Assembly (NCBI GenBank): GCA_937801655.1
Contig: CALMWC010000003.1
Location: forward strand, 128,474 to 192,473
Source of the DNA: an uncultured Gammaproteobacteria bacterium
Lineage (GTDB): Bacteria; Pseudomonadota; Gammaproteobacteria; Steroidobacterales; UBA11654
DNA: 64,000 nucleotides
Reading direction: 5' to 3'
The notes below the pieces were generated by a model, which made no database searches, was not told the DNA's origin, and worked only from the letters and a program-made list of their open reading frames with translations. Shown here in pieces: positions 1 to 9,844 of this stretch (position 1 is its first letter; every line of letters begins with the position of its first letter). Position numbers and translations under genes: made by a program.

Positions 1-1029
1 TCATCCACAATGATTGGCCTCAGTTCTGCAATGCCTGGACTTGCTGCTGTTATAGTGACTCCTTTTTTACCCAGGTTGATTAATTATTATGATCAAATCT
101 CCATACTCAAATTTTCTTTTATTGTAGTTCCCTTGTCTCTCATATTATTAAGTTTCACCAATGACCTTTTTACGTGGTTTTTTTTACGATTTACCTTAGG
201 AGCAGCAGCAACGGTAATATGGGTTATCACTGAAATATGGATTAATTCTTATGCTAAAGATGAAAATCGAGGAATAATTATTGCTATCTATACCTCAGTA
301 TTATCATTGGGTTTTATATCAGGTGTCTTATTGTTATCTGTGATTGAAGTTGAAAACTACAATACAGCTTTCTATACAGCAGCAGCAATTGCAGTTTTTG
401 CTGCCATGCCTATATGGCCAGTAAAAGATTGGCCTGAATATGATGTTGTTGAGAATATTTCATTTTTGAACTATCTAAAGAAAACACCCACTTTGATGGG
501 ATCAAGTTGGGTTATGGGGTTTCTTTATGCAGGAACAGCTTCTTTATTGCCCATTTTTGCTCTTCAATATGAATTAAATTATTCAGAATCTTCTAGAACT
601 GTTGCTTGGTTAGGCAGTGGTGAACTACTATTGCCTATTTTAGTTGGATTGTTGGCAGATAGGGTCAACAAAAGAAAATTAATGATCGTTATTATAATAA
701 TTACTTCTCTGGCACTCTTTATCATGCCTTACATATTTTCATATGCTATCCCAAGAATAATGCTTTTATTTATATTGGGTGGAGCAATTATGAGTCTTTA
801 TTCACTGGGATTAACCATGTTAGGGCATCAATTTAAAGGGCAAGCATTAACCTCTGCCAATGCAAGTTTTATCTTTTTTCTCTGTTTGGGTGAAATCTTT
901 GGACCGCCTATTATTGGAACCTCTATGGATATATTTGGTACCTATTCTTTTGGATGGGTATCAGCAGGTGTTTGTTTGATCTATCTATTGATTTTTATTT
1001 CAAGCGGTAGCATGAAAGCAACCAGGTGA
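1..1029 (+). CDS. MFS-family transporter; N-terminus probably lies upstream of the window
   Basis: ORF 10..1029 stays open back to base 1. I count about 11 hydrophobic helices where 12 are typical, so the first helix seems to be missing. General MFS look; no subfamily recognised. Confidence 0.6.
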   Translation, partial: SSTMIGLSSAMPGLAAVIVTPFLPRLINYYDQISILKFSFIVVPLSLILLSFTNDLFTWFFLRFTLGAAATVIWVITEIWINSYAKDENRGIIIAIYTSVLSLGFISGVLLLSVIEVENYNTAFYTAAAIAVFAAMPIWPVKDWPEYDVVENISFLNYLKKTPTLMGSSWVMGFLYAGTASLLPIFALQYELNYSESSRTVAWLGSGELLLPILVGLLADRVNKRKLMIVIIIITSLALFIMPYIFSYAIPRIMLLFILGGAIMSLYSLGLTMLGHQFKGQALTSANASFIFFLCLGEIFGPPIIGTSMDIFGTYSFGWVSAGVCLIYLLIFISSGSMKATR

Positions 1030-1031
1030 TA

Positions 1032-2387
1032 TTAGGCAATTGGATTATCTAATGGTTTATCTTCTATTTTTGGCTTAGTCTTTTCTATATCTTCCAAGGG
1101 ATAGCTGTATGTATGTCTGATGATCATGTCAATGGATTCTTGTGGAACTCCATCAATATACACAGGCCTATAAACAGTATTCCTGATGGCTGAAATGGCT
1201 ACTTTATCAATTAATTTTTGAGGTTCTGATTCTATAATTTCAATATTATCAGTATTTCCATTTAAGTTGATTGTGTATTGAATGGCTATAAAGCCAGATG
1301 CGACCGTCTGAGTATCATTGTCCTTTTGTTTAATAGGGTATTTGGGAGGAATGAGAACATTTCTTACTCTGATGGGTTTTGAGAAGCGTTCCTTAATGAT
1401 CGGACCCATTGATTCATCTTCATCAATCAACCCCCAACAATCTTGATAAGCTTTTTTTGCTGATTCTGATCTTCCAAAACTATTATAGGTGTCTCCCAAA
1501 TCTAATAAAACTTCCAACTTCAAAAAAAGATTTTTTTCTTCACTTTCATCGATAGCTTTTAATGCTTTCTTCAATGGACTTAGACTTTGATAAATATCCA
1601 TTCCTTCTCTTCGATGCGAGTAGGAAATATTTTTAAAGGTTTCTACCAGTTCTCCCAAATTTTGATCGTTTCGTTTTATTTGCCTTTCCAATACTTCTTC
1701 ATGAATTTCTCTCTCAAAATAGACTTGTCCAGATCTCTTATACCATTTAGCTAGCTTGACTAAAGATTCATCCACCATAGGATTTTCTATGCCAAAATGG
1801 TTTTTATTGACATAGACTTGAAAAGATTGATGATGATTGGCTTTTTCAAAATCTCTCAAACCAATAAAGCTTTCGGTCAATGAATCATGTATTTTTAATT
1901 GTTCTAGATTATAGAAACCAGCATTTACATGATTAATTCTTAATGCTCTTTCAAAGATATTAACGGCTTCATCGTATTCTTCAAAACGATTGAGAGTCAG
2001 TCCAAAACCATAGAGTGGTGAGATGAGTTCAGGGGAAATAATATTTTGATTTGCCTCAATCAACTTGATGCATCTTTGAAAGATTAATTTGGATTGATCA
2101 AAATCATCTATCATGTAAAAAGCACTCGCTAGATTATTTAAAGGAGTGATTAGTTTGTAGTTCTCTGACCCATAGGTCTTTTCAGTTAAATCGACAATAC
2201 TAGTAGCAATCGCGATGCTTTCTTCATATCGTTCTTGATCAAAGAGATTGAGAAACTGTTCTTGCAATTCATTTCTTTTCAGAAGATTACTTTCTTCATT
2301 GGTTTCTTGACTATTAATTTGGCTGTAGCCTAAGGACAGGCTTAATAGCATCATTATTAATATAATTTTCTTTATAAAGTGATTCAA
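1032..2387 (-). CDS. Secreted TPR-repeat protein with TonB C-terminal-like domain
   Basis: N-terminal signal peptide (MLLSLSLGYSQ). The central region has repeated helical-pair (TPR-like) periodicity. The C-terminal ~90 aa (PPKYPIK...SGFIAIQYTINLNGNTDNIEIIESEP...AISAIRNTVYRPVYIDGVP) fits the TonB_C pattern (YP..a...G.v.v.f.i..dG.v....v..s.....fd.aa..a.....f.P....G.P). Confidence 0.55.
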   Translation of the reverse strand: MNHFIKKIILIMMLLSLSLGYSQINSQETNEESNLLKRNELQEQFLNLFDQERYEESIAIATSIVDLTEKTYGSENYKLITPLNNLASAFYMIDDFDQSKLIFQRCIKLIEANQNIISPELISPLYGFGLTLNRFEEYDEAVNIFERALRINHVNAGFYNLEQLKIHDSLTESFIGLRDFEKANHHQSFQVYVNKNHFGIENPMVDESLVKLAKWYKRSGQVYFEREIHEEVLERQIKRNDQNLGELVETFKNISYSHRREGMDIYQSLSPLKKALKAIDESEEKNLFLKLEVLLDLGDTYNSFGRSESAKKAYQDCWGLIDEDESMGPIIKERFSKPIRVRNVLIPPKYPIKQKDNDTQTVASGFIAIQYTINLNGNTDNIEIIESEPQKLIDKVAISAIRNTVYRPVYIDGVPQESIDMIIRHTYSYPLEDIEKTKPKIEDKPLDNPIA

Positions 2388-2472
2388 ATTATCCTGTTCA
2401 GTCTTTGCATTAGCATGTTATTAATTTATCATAAAATATGAATTCGAGCATAATAGACAAAGAGATTTTAGT

Positions 2473-3039
2473 ATGACAGATATAGGTACAAAACATTTTG
2501 TCAATGGTAATAGTGTCCATAAGCCTTTTCCTGAGGAATGCCATCAACTAATAGTAGCAATGGGTTGTTTTTGGGGAGTAGAAAAACTATTTTGGCAAGA
2601 AGAAGGCGTCTACTCGACAAGCGCAGTCTACATAGGTGGAACTGCTGTTGATCCGACTTATCAAGAGGTATGTAGTGGAATGACAGGGCATACCGAAGGC
2701 GTTCTGATTGTCTATGACCCTTTAAAGATTTCTACAAAAGAAATATTAAAGTTTTTTTGGGAAGGACATGATCCAACACAATATATGAGACAGGGCAATG
2801 ATATAGGCTCACAGTATCGTTCAGCTGTATTTTTTTCCGATGACGAGACACTACAATTAATTCATGAAACTAAAGCTGAATATCAAAAGAAATTAAAACA
2901 GTCCGGCTATGGAGAAATTGTTACTGAAGTCATTCCAGTGGAGCATTTTTATTATGCTGAAGATTATCATCAACAGTATCTAGCTAAAAATCCTAACGGC
3001 TATTGTGGACTTGGTGGAACGGGTGTTTGTTTAAATTAG
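2473..3039 (+). CDS. msrA: Peptide-methionine (S)-S-oxide reductase
   Basis: GCFWGVEKLFW active-site motif. Collinear with E. coli MsrA through the C-terminal HQQYLAKNPNGYCGLGGTGV. Confidence 0.95.
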   Translation: MTDIGTKHFVNGNSVHKPFPEECHQLIVAMGCFWGVEKLFWQEEGVYSTSAVYIGGTAVDPTYQEVCSGMTGHTEGVLIVYDPLKISTKEILKFFWEGHDPTQYMRQGNDIGSQYRSAVFFSDDETLQLIHETKAEYQKKLKQSGYGEIVTEVIPVEHFYYAEDYHQQYLAKNPNGYCGLGGTGVCLN

Positions 3040-3044
3040 TAACT

Positions 3045-3416
3045 CTAATTTAGAACCTTATAGCCTCTACCCTTTAGACATCGTTTTAGAACTTGCTCCT
3101 TTTTTCTAGTTGCCCTTAAACCTGATTGAGTGCCTCCTGAAACAGCTCCTATCTCAATAGCATCTTTCCGTTTATCTGAAATAGCTTCAATGACTGCTCC
3201 CACTGCAGCTCCAGTCACCGAACCTTTAGCTATACTTTTGATAGTAGAAATATCATTGGAATAGGCTTTACACTCTTCTAAGTCAGTTTCATAGAGAGTC
3301 ATATCAACTCCTTTGGTATCAATGATTGGCTTATTCATACTTGAGATAGAAGAAGAATTATTACTTACACAGCTTATGGTTAGAAGTAACATTATTATTA
3401 ACACATTGTATTTCAT
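3045..3416 (-). CDS. Small lipoprotein with glycine-zipper segment
   Basis: Lipobox LTISC after a hydrophobic signal. Gly/Ala zipper GSVTGAAVGAVIEAI. Conserved Cys pair (EECKAY ... RCLKGRGYKVLN) typical of small Gly-zipper outer-membrane lipoproteins. Confidence 0.6.
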   Translation of the reverse strand: MKYNVLIIMLLLTISCVSNNSSSISSMNKPIIDTKGVDMTLYETDLEECKAYSNDISTIKSIAKGSVTGAAVGAVIEAISDKRKDAIEIGAVSGGTQSGLRATRKKEQVLKRCLKGRGYKVLN

Positions 3417-3493
3417 AGTATTTTTTTATTGATTATCTATAGATCAATATAATCAATAATTATGAAGAAAGGATGTAGATATCGATCTATTTC

Positions 3494-4699
3494 TTAATCT
3501 TGAATGGATTCAAATAGACCTGCAGCTCCCATGCCGCCCCCTACACACATTGTGACCACACCATATTTAGCATCACGACGACGAAGTTCACGCACTAAAT
3601 GTCCAACTTGTCTAGCTCCAGTCATTCCAAAAGGATGTCCGATGGCTATAGAGCCACCATTGAGATTTAATTTTTCAGAAGACAGATTGAGTTGATCTCT
3701 TATATAAACTACTTGTGAAGCAAATGCTTCATTAAGCTCCCAAATATCAATGTCATTAATTTCCAATCCAGCTGATTTAAGTAGTTTCGGTATAGCAAAT
3801 ACAGGACCAATTCCCATTTCATCTGGTTTACAACCAACAACAGTAAATCCTCTAAAATAGGCCATTGGTTTGATGCTTAATTCATTAGCCTTATCTTCAC
3901 TCATAACCATAGCAACAGACGCACCATCTGATAATTGTGAAGCATTGCCTGCTGTTACTGAACCATTGTCAGGATCAAACACTGGCTTAAGACCAGCCAG
4001 TCCATCCAATGTAGTCTGTGGTCGATTACAGTTATCATGATCCACTACTGTATCGACTTCAGATATTTCCTCAGTTGCTTTGTCTTTTACCAGCATTTTA
4101 GTATTCATCGGAATAATTTCATCATCAAAGAGCCCTTGTTCTTGTGCATTCGCACATCGAATTTGACTTGATAATGCGTATTCATCCTGAGACTCTCTGG
4201 AAATACCATATCGCTTTGCAACTGTTTCAGCAGTCGTCCCCATGGCGTGATAAACACCAGGCACTTCTTTTGCTACTTTTTCATTTTCAAACATGTATTC
4301 ATTGATGTGACCTTGAGTAGTACTGATTGATTCAACACCGCCTGCAATAATACAATCTGCAAAACCGCTTTGAATTTGAGTTGCAGCCATGGCTATAGTT
4401 TGTAAACCAGACGAACAATATCTATTTACTGTGGTACCACCTGTATTAATTGTGAGTTTAGATGCAACAGCTGCTACTCTTGCAATATTATTGCCTTGAG
4501 GTCCCTCTGGGTATCCACAGCCCAGAATCACATCTTCAACTAAAGCTGGATCTACTTCAGGATTTCTATCCATTAAAGCATCTATGATATGAGCGGTCAT
4601 ATCATCTGCTCGGGTTTGATTAAAACCACCTCTGAATGATTTTGCCAGCCCTGTTCTTACACTATCCACTATTACTGCTTGTGCCATTATCTTCCTCAT
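3494..4699 (-). CDS. Acetyl-CoA C-acyltransferase / 3-ketoacyl-CoA thiolase
   Basis: Thiolase signatures NRYCSSGLQ (acyl-enzyme Cys), [17 protein letters not shown] and [16 protein letters not shown]. About 400 aa. Confidence 0.9.
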   Translation of the reverse strand: MRKIMAQAVIVDSVRTGLAKSFRGGFNQTRADDMTAHIIDALMDRNPEVDPALVEDVILGCGYPEGPQGNNIARVAAVASKLTINTGGTTVNRYCSSGLQTIAMAATQIQSGFADCIIAGGVESISTTQGHINEYMFENEKVAKEVPGVYHAMGTTAETVAKRYGISRESQDEYALSSQIRCANAQEQGLFDDEIIPMNTKMLVKDKATEEISEVDTVVDHDNCNRPQTTLDGLAGLKPVFDPDNGSVTAGNASQLSDGASVAMVMSEDKANELSIKPMAYFRGFTVVGCKPDEMGIGPVFAIPKLLKSAGLEINDIDIWELNEAFASQVVYIRDQLNLSSEKLNLNGGSIAIGHPFGMTGARQVGHLVRELRRRDAKYGVVTMCVGGGMGAAGLFESIQD

Positions 4700-4902
4700 A
4701 AATTTTTTTTAACTAAGTCGGGTGATATTAGGTTAGTGCATTAAAATTCGCAAGCAAAAATAACTCAGTAAACTAATTAAAAAATAGGATGCCTTTGAAT
4801 GTGAAGAAACTATGATGATTCTGTAACGAAGTGTATCTTCAATAGAAAATAATCCATAAATCTATACAATTGTCCTAAATTAATAGTTGAATCTTGATTT
4901 TT

Positions 4903-6042
4903 ATGACAAAAAATAAAAAAATTATAGCTGGCATTATTGTGGTGTTGATTATCATTGTCTCTTTCTCGGGAGGCGGAGAAGACCCAATTAAGGTTAATGC
5001 TATTAAACCAGAAATGAGAACTGTAGAAAAAACTGTTTCCAACACAAGGGCTGGGACTATCGATGCTTGCAGAAGAGCAAAAATGTCACCTGCTATGGGA
5101 GGGCAAATTGCCTCATTAACAGTTAAAGAAGGCGATATGGTAAAAAAAGACCAAGTTTTATTGGAGTTATGGAATAAAGAAACCAAAGCAAGAGTAGTGG
5201 CTGCAGAAAGAGGTGCTGAGCAAGTCTGTATTTTATCTGATAAGGCGAATCGTGATGCCAATAGAATTACTGAACTTTTCACTAAAGGATTAGCCTCTGA
5301 AGAATCAAAAGAAACCGCGGTAAGTAATGCTCAATCTAGTGTGGCTTCTTGCAATGCAGCAAAAGCACAAATTGATGTGACTAAAGCATCTCTAGAAAGA
5401 ACTATGTTGATTGCTCCTTTCGATGGGATTATTGCTGAAATTGAAGGAGAGCTTGGGGAATATGTCACTCCTTCTCCTGTTGGTGTTGCAACTAAACCTA
5501 CTGTTGATCTTATTGATAACACTTGTATCTATATCAAAGCACCGATAGATGAGATTGATGCGCCTGAGGTTATTTCAGGCTTGAAAGCGAGAATTACAAT
5601 GGATGCTTTTGGCCAAGAAGAATTTCCATCAACGGTTACAAGGGTTGCACCTTATGTTTTGGATTTAGAAAAACAAGCAAGAACAGTTGAAATTGAAGCA
5701 GTTTTTGATAACCCTCAAAATTTTTTATTACCCGGTTATAGCGCTGACATAACCATTATTATTGATACAGTAGAAGATGCACTAAGCGTTCCAACTCAAG
5801 CAGTTATAAGAGACGAGTTTGTATATCTAATCAATGAAGACAACACTCTAGTGAAACAAAATATTGAAGTGGGGCTTTCCAATTGGCAATACTCAGAAGT
5901 GCTTAGTGGGATTACTATTGATGACAGAATTGTTTTATCCATCGATAGAAAAGGGGTGGAGGCTGGAGTAAAAGTAATTGTAGAAGAAGAAGAAACAGAG
6001 GAAGTTGAAACTTTCGGTGATCTACAAGTTGAAACCTCTTAA
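4903..6042 (+). CDS. Periplasmic adaptor (HlyD/MFP family) of a MacAB-type efflux system
   Basis: N-terminal anchor helix, coiled-coil hairpin region and beta-barrel segment (LIAPFDGIIAEI). First gene of a 4-gene ABC operon. ATG at 4903 preferred over TTG at 4894. Confidence 0.85.
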   Translation: MTKNKKIIAGIIVVLIIIVSFSGGGEDPIKVNAIKPEMRTVEKTVSNTRAGTIDACRRAKMSPAMGGQIASLTVKEGDMVKKDQVLLELWNKETKARVVAAERGAEQVCILSDKANRDANRITELFTKGLASEESKETAVSNAQSSVASCNAAKAQIDVTKASLERTMLIAPFDGIIAEIEGELGEYVTPSPVGVATKPTVDLIDNTCIYIKAPIDEIDAPEVISGLKARITMDAFGQEEFPSTVTRVAPYVLDLEKQARTVEIEAVFDNPQNFLLPGYSADITIIIDTVEDALSVPTQAVIRDEFVYLINEDNTLVKQNIEVGLSNWQYSEVLSGITIDDRIVLSIDRKGVEAGVKVIVEEEETEEVETFGDLQVETS

Positions 6043-6082
6043 TATTCAAAAATTGGGAAATACTTAATATTCATAAATCAAG

Positions 6083-6757
6083 ATGATTCGTATAGAAAAC
6101 TTAAGTCGAAAGTTTGAAGTTGGTAATCAGATTGTGCGTGCTTTGGATCATATCGATTTGGAGATTACAAAAGGGGAATATATATCTATCATGGGCGTTT
6201 CAGGCTCTGGTAAATCCACATTATTGAATATCTTGGGTTTACTTGATACTCCAACTAAAGGCGATTATATTTTATCTGGCATTAATACTTCTGAAATGAA
6301 TGATGATGAAATGGCTCATATTAGATCGACAAAAATTGGCTTTGTTTTTCAATCGTTTCACTTAATTCCAAGATTAACAGCGGCAGAAAACATAGAGATG
6401 CCAATGGTTCTGGCTGGCATTAAGCCCAAGGATCGTCAAGAAAAAGTTGAAATTGCACTGTCACATGTCAGCCTTAATGATCGTTCTGATCATAAGCCAG
6501 AACAACTTTCAGGAGGTCAGCGACAACGTGTTGCTATTGCTCGATCTATAGTAATGGAGCCCGATGTGCTTCTAGCCGATGAGCCAACAGGTAATCTTGA
6601 TTCTACTTCAGGGATTGAAATTGTTAGACTGATCGAAGATCTTAATAAAGCAGGCCTGACACTCATTGTGGTTACTCATGATAGAAAACTAGGCAATCGG
6701 TCGGATCGATTAATTAGACTTTTGGATGGAAAAATTATCAATGATAATGTTAAGTAA
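6083..6757 (+). CDS. ABC transporter ATP-binding protein (MacB/LolD-type)
   Basis: Walker [10 protein letters not shown], signature [13 protein letters not shown], Walker [13 protein letters not shown]-loop VTHD. Confidence 0.9.
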   Translation: MIRIENLSRKFEVGNQIVRALDHIDLEITKGEYISIMGVSGSGKSTLLNILGLLDTPTKGDYILSGINTSEMNDDEMAHIRSTKIGFVFQSFHLIPRLTAAENIEMPMVLAGIKPKDRQEKVEIALSHVSLNDRSDHKPEQLSGGQRQRVAIARSIVMEPDVLLADEPTGNLDSTSGIEIVRLIEDLNKAGLTLIVVTHDRKLGNRSDRLIRLLDGKIINDNVK

Positions 6758-6760
6758 ACT

Positions 6761-7975
6761 ATGCGTTTTTACGATTTAATTTTTTTAGCACTAAGCACTC
6801 TTATTCGCTATCCCCTAAGAACAATTATGTTACTAGTTGCCACATCGATTGGCGTCATGGCAGTGATACTTCTTACAGCCGTTGGAGAAGGCGCTAGAGA
6901 TTATATTACTGGTGAATTCAGAGATATGGGTACCAATCTGATTATTGTTATACCTGGAAAAAATGAAACTTCAGGGGGTGGATCACCCGTAGACTTAGCT
7001 GGTGTAACACCCAGGGATTTAACCATTGAAGATGCAATTAGTCTTAGAAAAATCGATGGAGTAAAAAACATAGCACCGATTGTGATTGGAGAGACCTCAG
7101 CACAATTCAATGGACTAGAAAGAAATGTTCCGATCATAGGCTCAACTCAGTCTTTTTTAAGTGTAAGAAAATGGGAAATGGAAACGGGTATGTTTTTGCC
7201 AGGCAGTACTTTAGAGCGCTCCCCACCGGTTTGTGTAATTGGTAAAGAAGTTGAAAAAGAACTCTTTGGGGGATCCAATGCAATTGGACAGTGGTTGAGA
7301 CTGGGCGATAGAAGATGTCGTGTTACTGGAATCATTGGCACTGAAGGAAGAGCAGTGGGTATCGATGTTCAGAAGTTAGTTGTGGTACCAGTGAGTCTTG
7401 CGACAGCTTTGTTTAATCGTCCTTCATTATTCCGAATAGCAGTTGAGGCCGAAAATAGACTGGTCGGCGACCAGATTATTAAAGATATGAAAAAAATTCT
7501 TAAAAAGCGCCATCGAGGTAAAGAAGATTTTACGGTAATTAGGCAGGATGCAGTGATGGCATCATTCGATAACATTTTTAATGTGCTGACTATGGCACTT
7601 GGCTCCATTGCATCAATCAGTTTATTTGTGGCTGGAATTTTAATTATGAATGTTATGTTGGTTGCAGTTTCCCAAAGACAATCTGAGATTGGTTTGTTAA
7701 AAGCCATTGGTGCAAAGAACAAGCAGATCAATCAACTGTTTATAACAGAGGCTATTTTACTATCAGGTTCGGGGGCTATTTTAGGCTTAATCTTAGGGCA
7801 TAGTATTACACAAGTATTAAAAATATCTTTTCCCACATTTAATTTTCTACCCCCATTATGGGCTTCATATGTTTCATTGATAGTAGCATTGATGTCTGGA
7901 GTAATTTTTGGTTTGCTTCCAGCTAGAAGAGCTTCTAAGCTGGATCCAGTCATAGCATTATCTGGTAATAAGTAA
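6761..7975 (+). CDS. ABC transporter permease, FtsX/MacB family (permease 1)
   Basis: N-terminal TM, then a large periplasmic domain, then a C-terminal 3-TM FtsX module (SEIGLLKAIGAKNKQI). About 400 aa. Confidence 0.85.
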   Translation: MRFYDLIFLALSTLIRYPLRTIMLLVATSIGVMAVILLTAVGEGARDYITGEFRDMGTNLIIVIPGKNETSGGGSPVDLAGVTPRDLTIEDAISLRKIDGVKNIAPIVIGETSAQFNGLERNVPIIGSTQSFLSVRKWEMETGMFLPGSTLERSPPVCVIGKEVEKELFGGSNAIGQWLRLGDRRCRVTGIIGTEGRAVGIDVQKLVVVPVSLATALFNRPSLFRIAVEAENRLVGDQIIKDMKKILKKRHRGKEDFTVIRQDAVMASFDNIFNVLTMALGSIASISLFVAGILIMNVMLVAVSQRQSEIGLLKAIGAKNKQINQLFITEAILLSGSGAILGLILGHSITQVLKISFPTFNFLPPLWASYVSLIVALMSGVIFGLLPARRASKLDPVIALSGNK

Positions 7976-7976
7976 T

Positions 7977-9176
7977 ATGAAAATAAAAGACATTTTTATT
8001 TTTTCTTCCTATTCTGTAATTTCTCAAAAAATGAGAAGTTTTCTAACCTCTTTAGGAATTGCTGTGGGAGTTGTATGTGTTATTTTCTTAACCAGCTTAG
8101 GTCAGGGCCTGCAAGTTTTTATTATTTCTCAATTCACTCAATTTGGCAGCAATATTATAGGTATCTCACCAGGTAAAACGGAAACCATGGGCATGCCATT
8201 GGGTACTTTTGGTTCAACAAAACCTCTTTCTTTCGAAGACGCAGCAGCCCTTGAGAAACTGACTTCTCTCGAAGTTGTTGTACCTGTTTCAGGCGGTAGC
8301 GCTGAGATTGAGAGCGCTGATCGTATGAGACGATCGATGGTCATAGGTACAGGTGCGGATTACGATATTATTGTTGGAGCAGACAATATGGTGGGTAAAT
8401 ATTTACCACATGATAACCCCAAAACACCAAGAGCTTTTGCTGTCCTTGGGCCAGATATGAGGGATGAATTATTTGGTTCAAAAGACCCATTGGGCATGTC
8501 TATTCGAGTTAACTCAGAGCGATTCAGAGTGATTGGAGTCTTGCCAGAAAAAGGTGATTTTTTAGGTATGAATTTAGATGATGCCGTTTATATTCCTATT
8601 GCAAAGTTCAACAATATGTTCAATCGAGTTGGTTTCCAGGAAATTGATGTCATTCATACAGACAATGTAACAAGTGATGAAGCGGTTGCATCCATCAAAA
8701 GGCTTCTCATCAGTCGACATGGTGGTGACGATACCACCATTAATACACAAGCTGATATGTTGGAGTCTTTGGGTGAGATTATGAAATGGTTGAAGTTCAC
8801 TGTTGCTGCTTTTGGAGGGATATCGCTTCTTGTGGGAGGTGTGGGTATTTTTACCATCATGACTGTTGCAGTGAATGAAAGGACTTCTGAGATAGGGGTG
8901 TTGAGAGCTATTGGGGCTTCTCGAAGAAGAATAAGAGATGTTTTTTTATTGGAATCTATTTATTTAGCAATTTTAGGTGCTGCTATGGGGCTAGCAATTG
9001 GTTTCTTAGCTATTGAATTGTCATTAGCTATTTATCCAGAAATGCCCATTGCAGTTGCTTGGGAATACATTTTATACGCGGTTATTATCTCACTCTTTAT
9101 TGGCCTAACAGCAGGGTATCTGCCAGCTAAATCAGCTGCACAAATGGATCCAATTGAAGCTTTGCGAGCCGACTAA
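7977..9176 (+). CDS. ABC transporter permease, FtsX/MacB family (permease 2)
   Basis: Same architecture as the preceding gene (SEIGVLRAIGASRRRI) and clearly a divergent paralog of it. Starts 2 nt after the stop of permease 1. Confidence 0.85.
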   Translation: MKIKDIFIFSSYSVISQKMRSFLTSLGIAVGVVCVIFLTSLGQGLQVFIISQFTQFGSNIIGISPGKTETMGMPLGTFGSTKPLSFEDAAALEKLTSLEVVVPVSGGSAEIESADRMRRSMVIGTGADYDIIVGADNMVGKYLPHDNPKTPRAFAVLGPDMRDELFGSKDPLGMSIRVNSERFRVIGVLPEKGDFLGMNLDDAVYIPIAKFNNMFNRVGFQEIDVIHTDNVTSDEAVASIKRLLISRHGGDDTTINTQADMLESLGEIMKWLKFTVAAFGGISLLVGGVGIFTIMTVAVNERTSEIGVLRAIGASRRRIRDVFLLESIYLAILGAAMGLAIGFLAIELSLAIYPEMPIAVAWEYILYAVIISLFIGLTAGYLPAKSAAQMDPIEALRAD

Positions 9177-9842
9177 CTAAGACGCTATTCTTTGCATCAT
9201 ATTGGAGTAAGTCTCTATATGGGATTCAACAGGAAGGTATGTTTTTTGGTAACTGTCTCTTTCTTGCATTAAGTCCCACCAATGATGAATTCGAACACAT
9301 TCTTTTGGCCATTCGGCATTGAAGAGATGCTTATAAGCACCAAATCGTTCAAAGAAAGGAGCGTAATGTAAATCAACTAAAGTAAGATTTTCTCCCATCC
9401 AGAAATCTCCACTGACATTTTTTTCAAAACATTCTCTTTCAATATAAATTAATAATTCTCTTAGTTTTTTATGATTCTTATCTTGTTGTGCATCATCCTT
9501 GTTGTCCCTAAGGAGTCTAACGCAGGCTGGTAAGTAATAGTTGGAGCCATAATCTATCCATATCCTGGCTCGTGCTCTTTCAAAATAGTCTTTAGGCATT
9601 AAAGGTACTTCAGGGTACTTTTCTTCCAGGTATTCATTGATGATTGCAGATTCATAAATAGTTTTTCCTCCATCCACAAGAACAGGGACCTTCCCGTAAG
9701 GAGAGATTTCTAAAAACCAATCGGGTTTGTTGTAAACATCAATCTCAATCAGTTCAAAAGCCAATTGCTTTTCAATAAGAGCCATTCTGCTTCTTTGAGC
9801 ATAAGGACATTTATCAAAGCTGTATATTTTAATATCAGACAT
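9177..9842 (-). CDS. Glutathione S-transferase family protein, Cys-type (omega-like) active site
   Basis: Thioredoxin-like N-domain with CPYAQRSR and VPVL...ESAIINEYL, followed by a helical C-domain. Confidence 0.8.
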   Translation of the reverse strand: MSDIKIYSFDKCPYAQRSRMALIEKQLAFELIEIDVYNKPDWFLEISPYGKVPVLVDGGKTIYESAIINEYLEEKYPEVPLMPKDYFERARARIWIDYGSNYYLPACVRLLRDNKDDAQQDKNHKKLRELLIYIERECFEKNVSGDFWMGENLTLVDLHYAPFFERFGAYKHLFNAEWPKECVRIHHWWDLMQERDSYQKTYLPVESHIETYSNMMQRIAS

Positions 9843-9844
9843 GA

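Noticed and set aside
3494-4699. Locally higher GC in the thiolase, mreB, HsaA-like monooxygenase and TonB receptor genes as a sign of horizontal transfer
   Set aside because: The richer segments coincide with highly conserved or Gly/Ala-rich proteins, where amino-acid composition drives GC. The boundaries follow gene ends without flanking repeats or mobility genes.
4875-5282. 135-aa minus-strand ORF overlapping the start of the efflux adaptor gene (similar cases at 7369..7731, 58894..59253, 12708..13144, 38382..38702)
   Set aside because: All are nested antisense within strongly supported genes and have junk-like composition. No independent evidence of coding.
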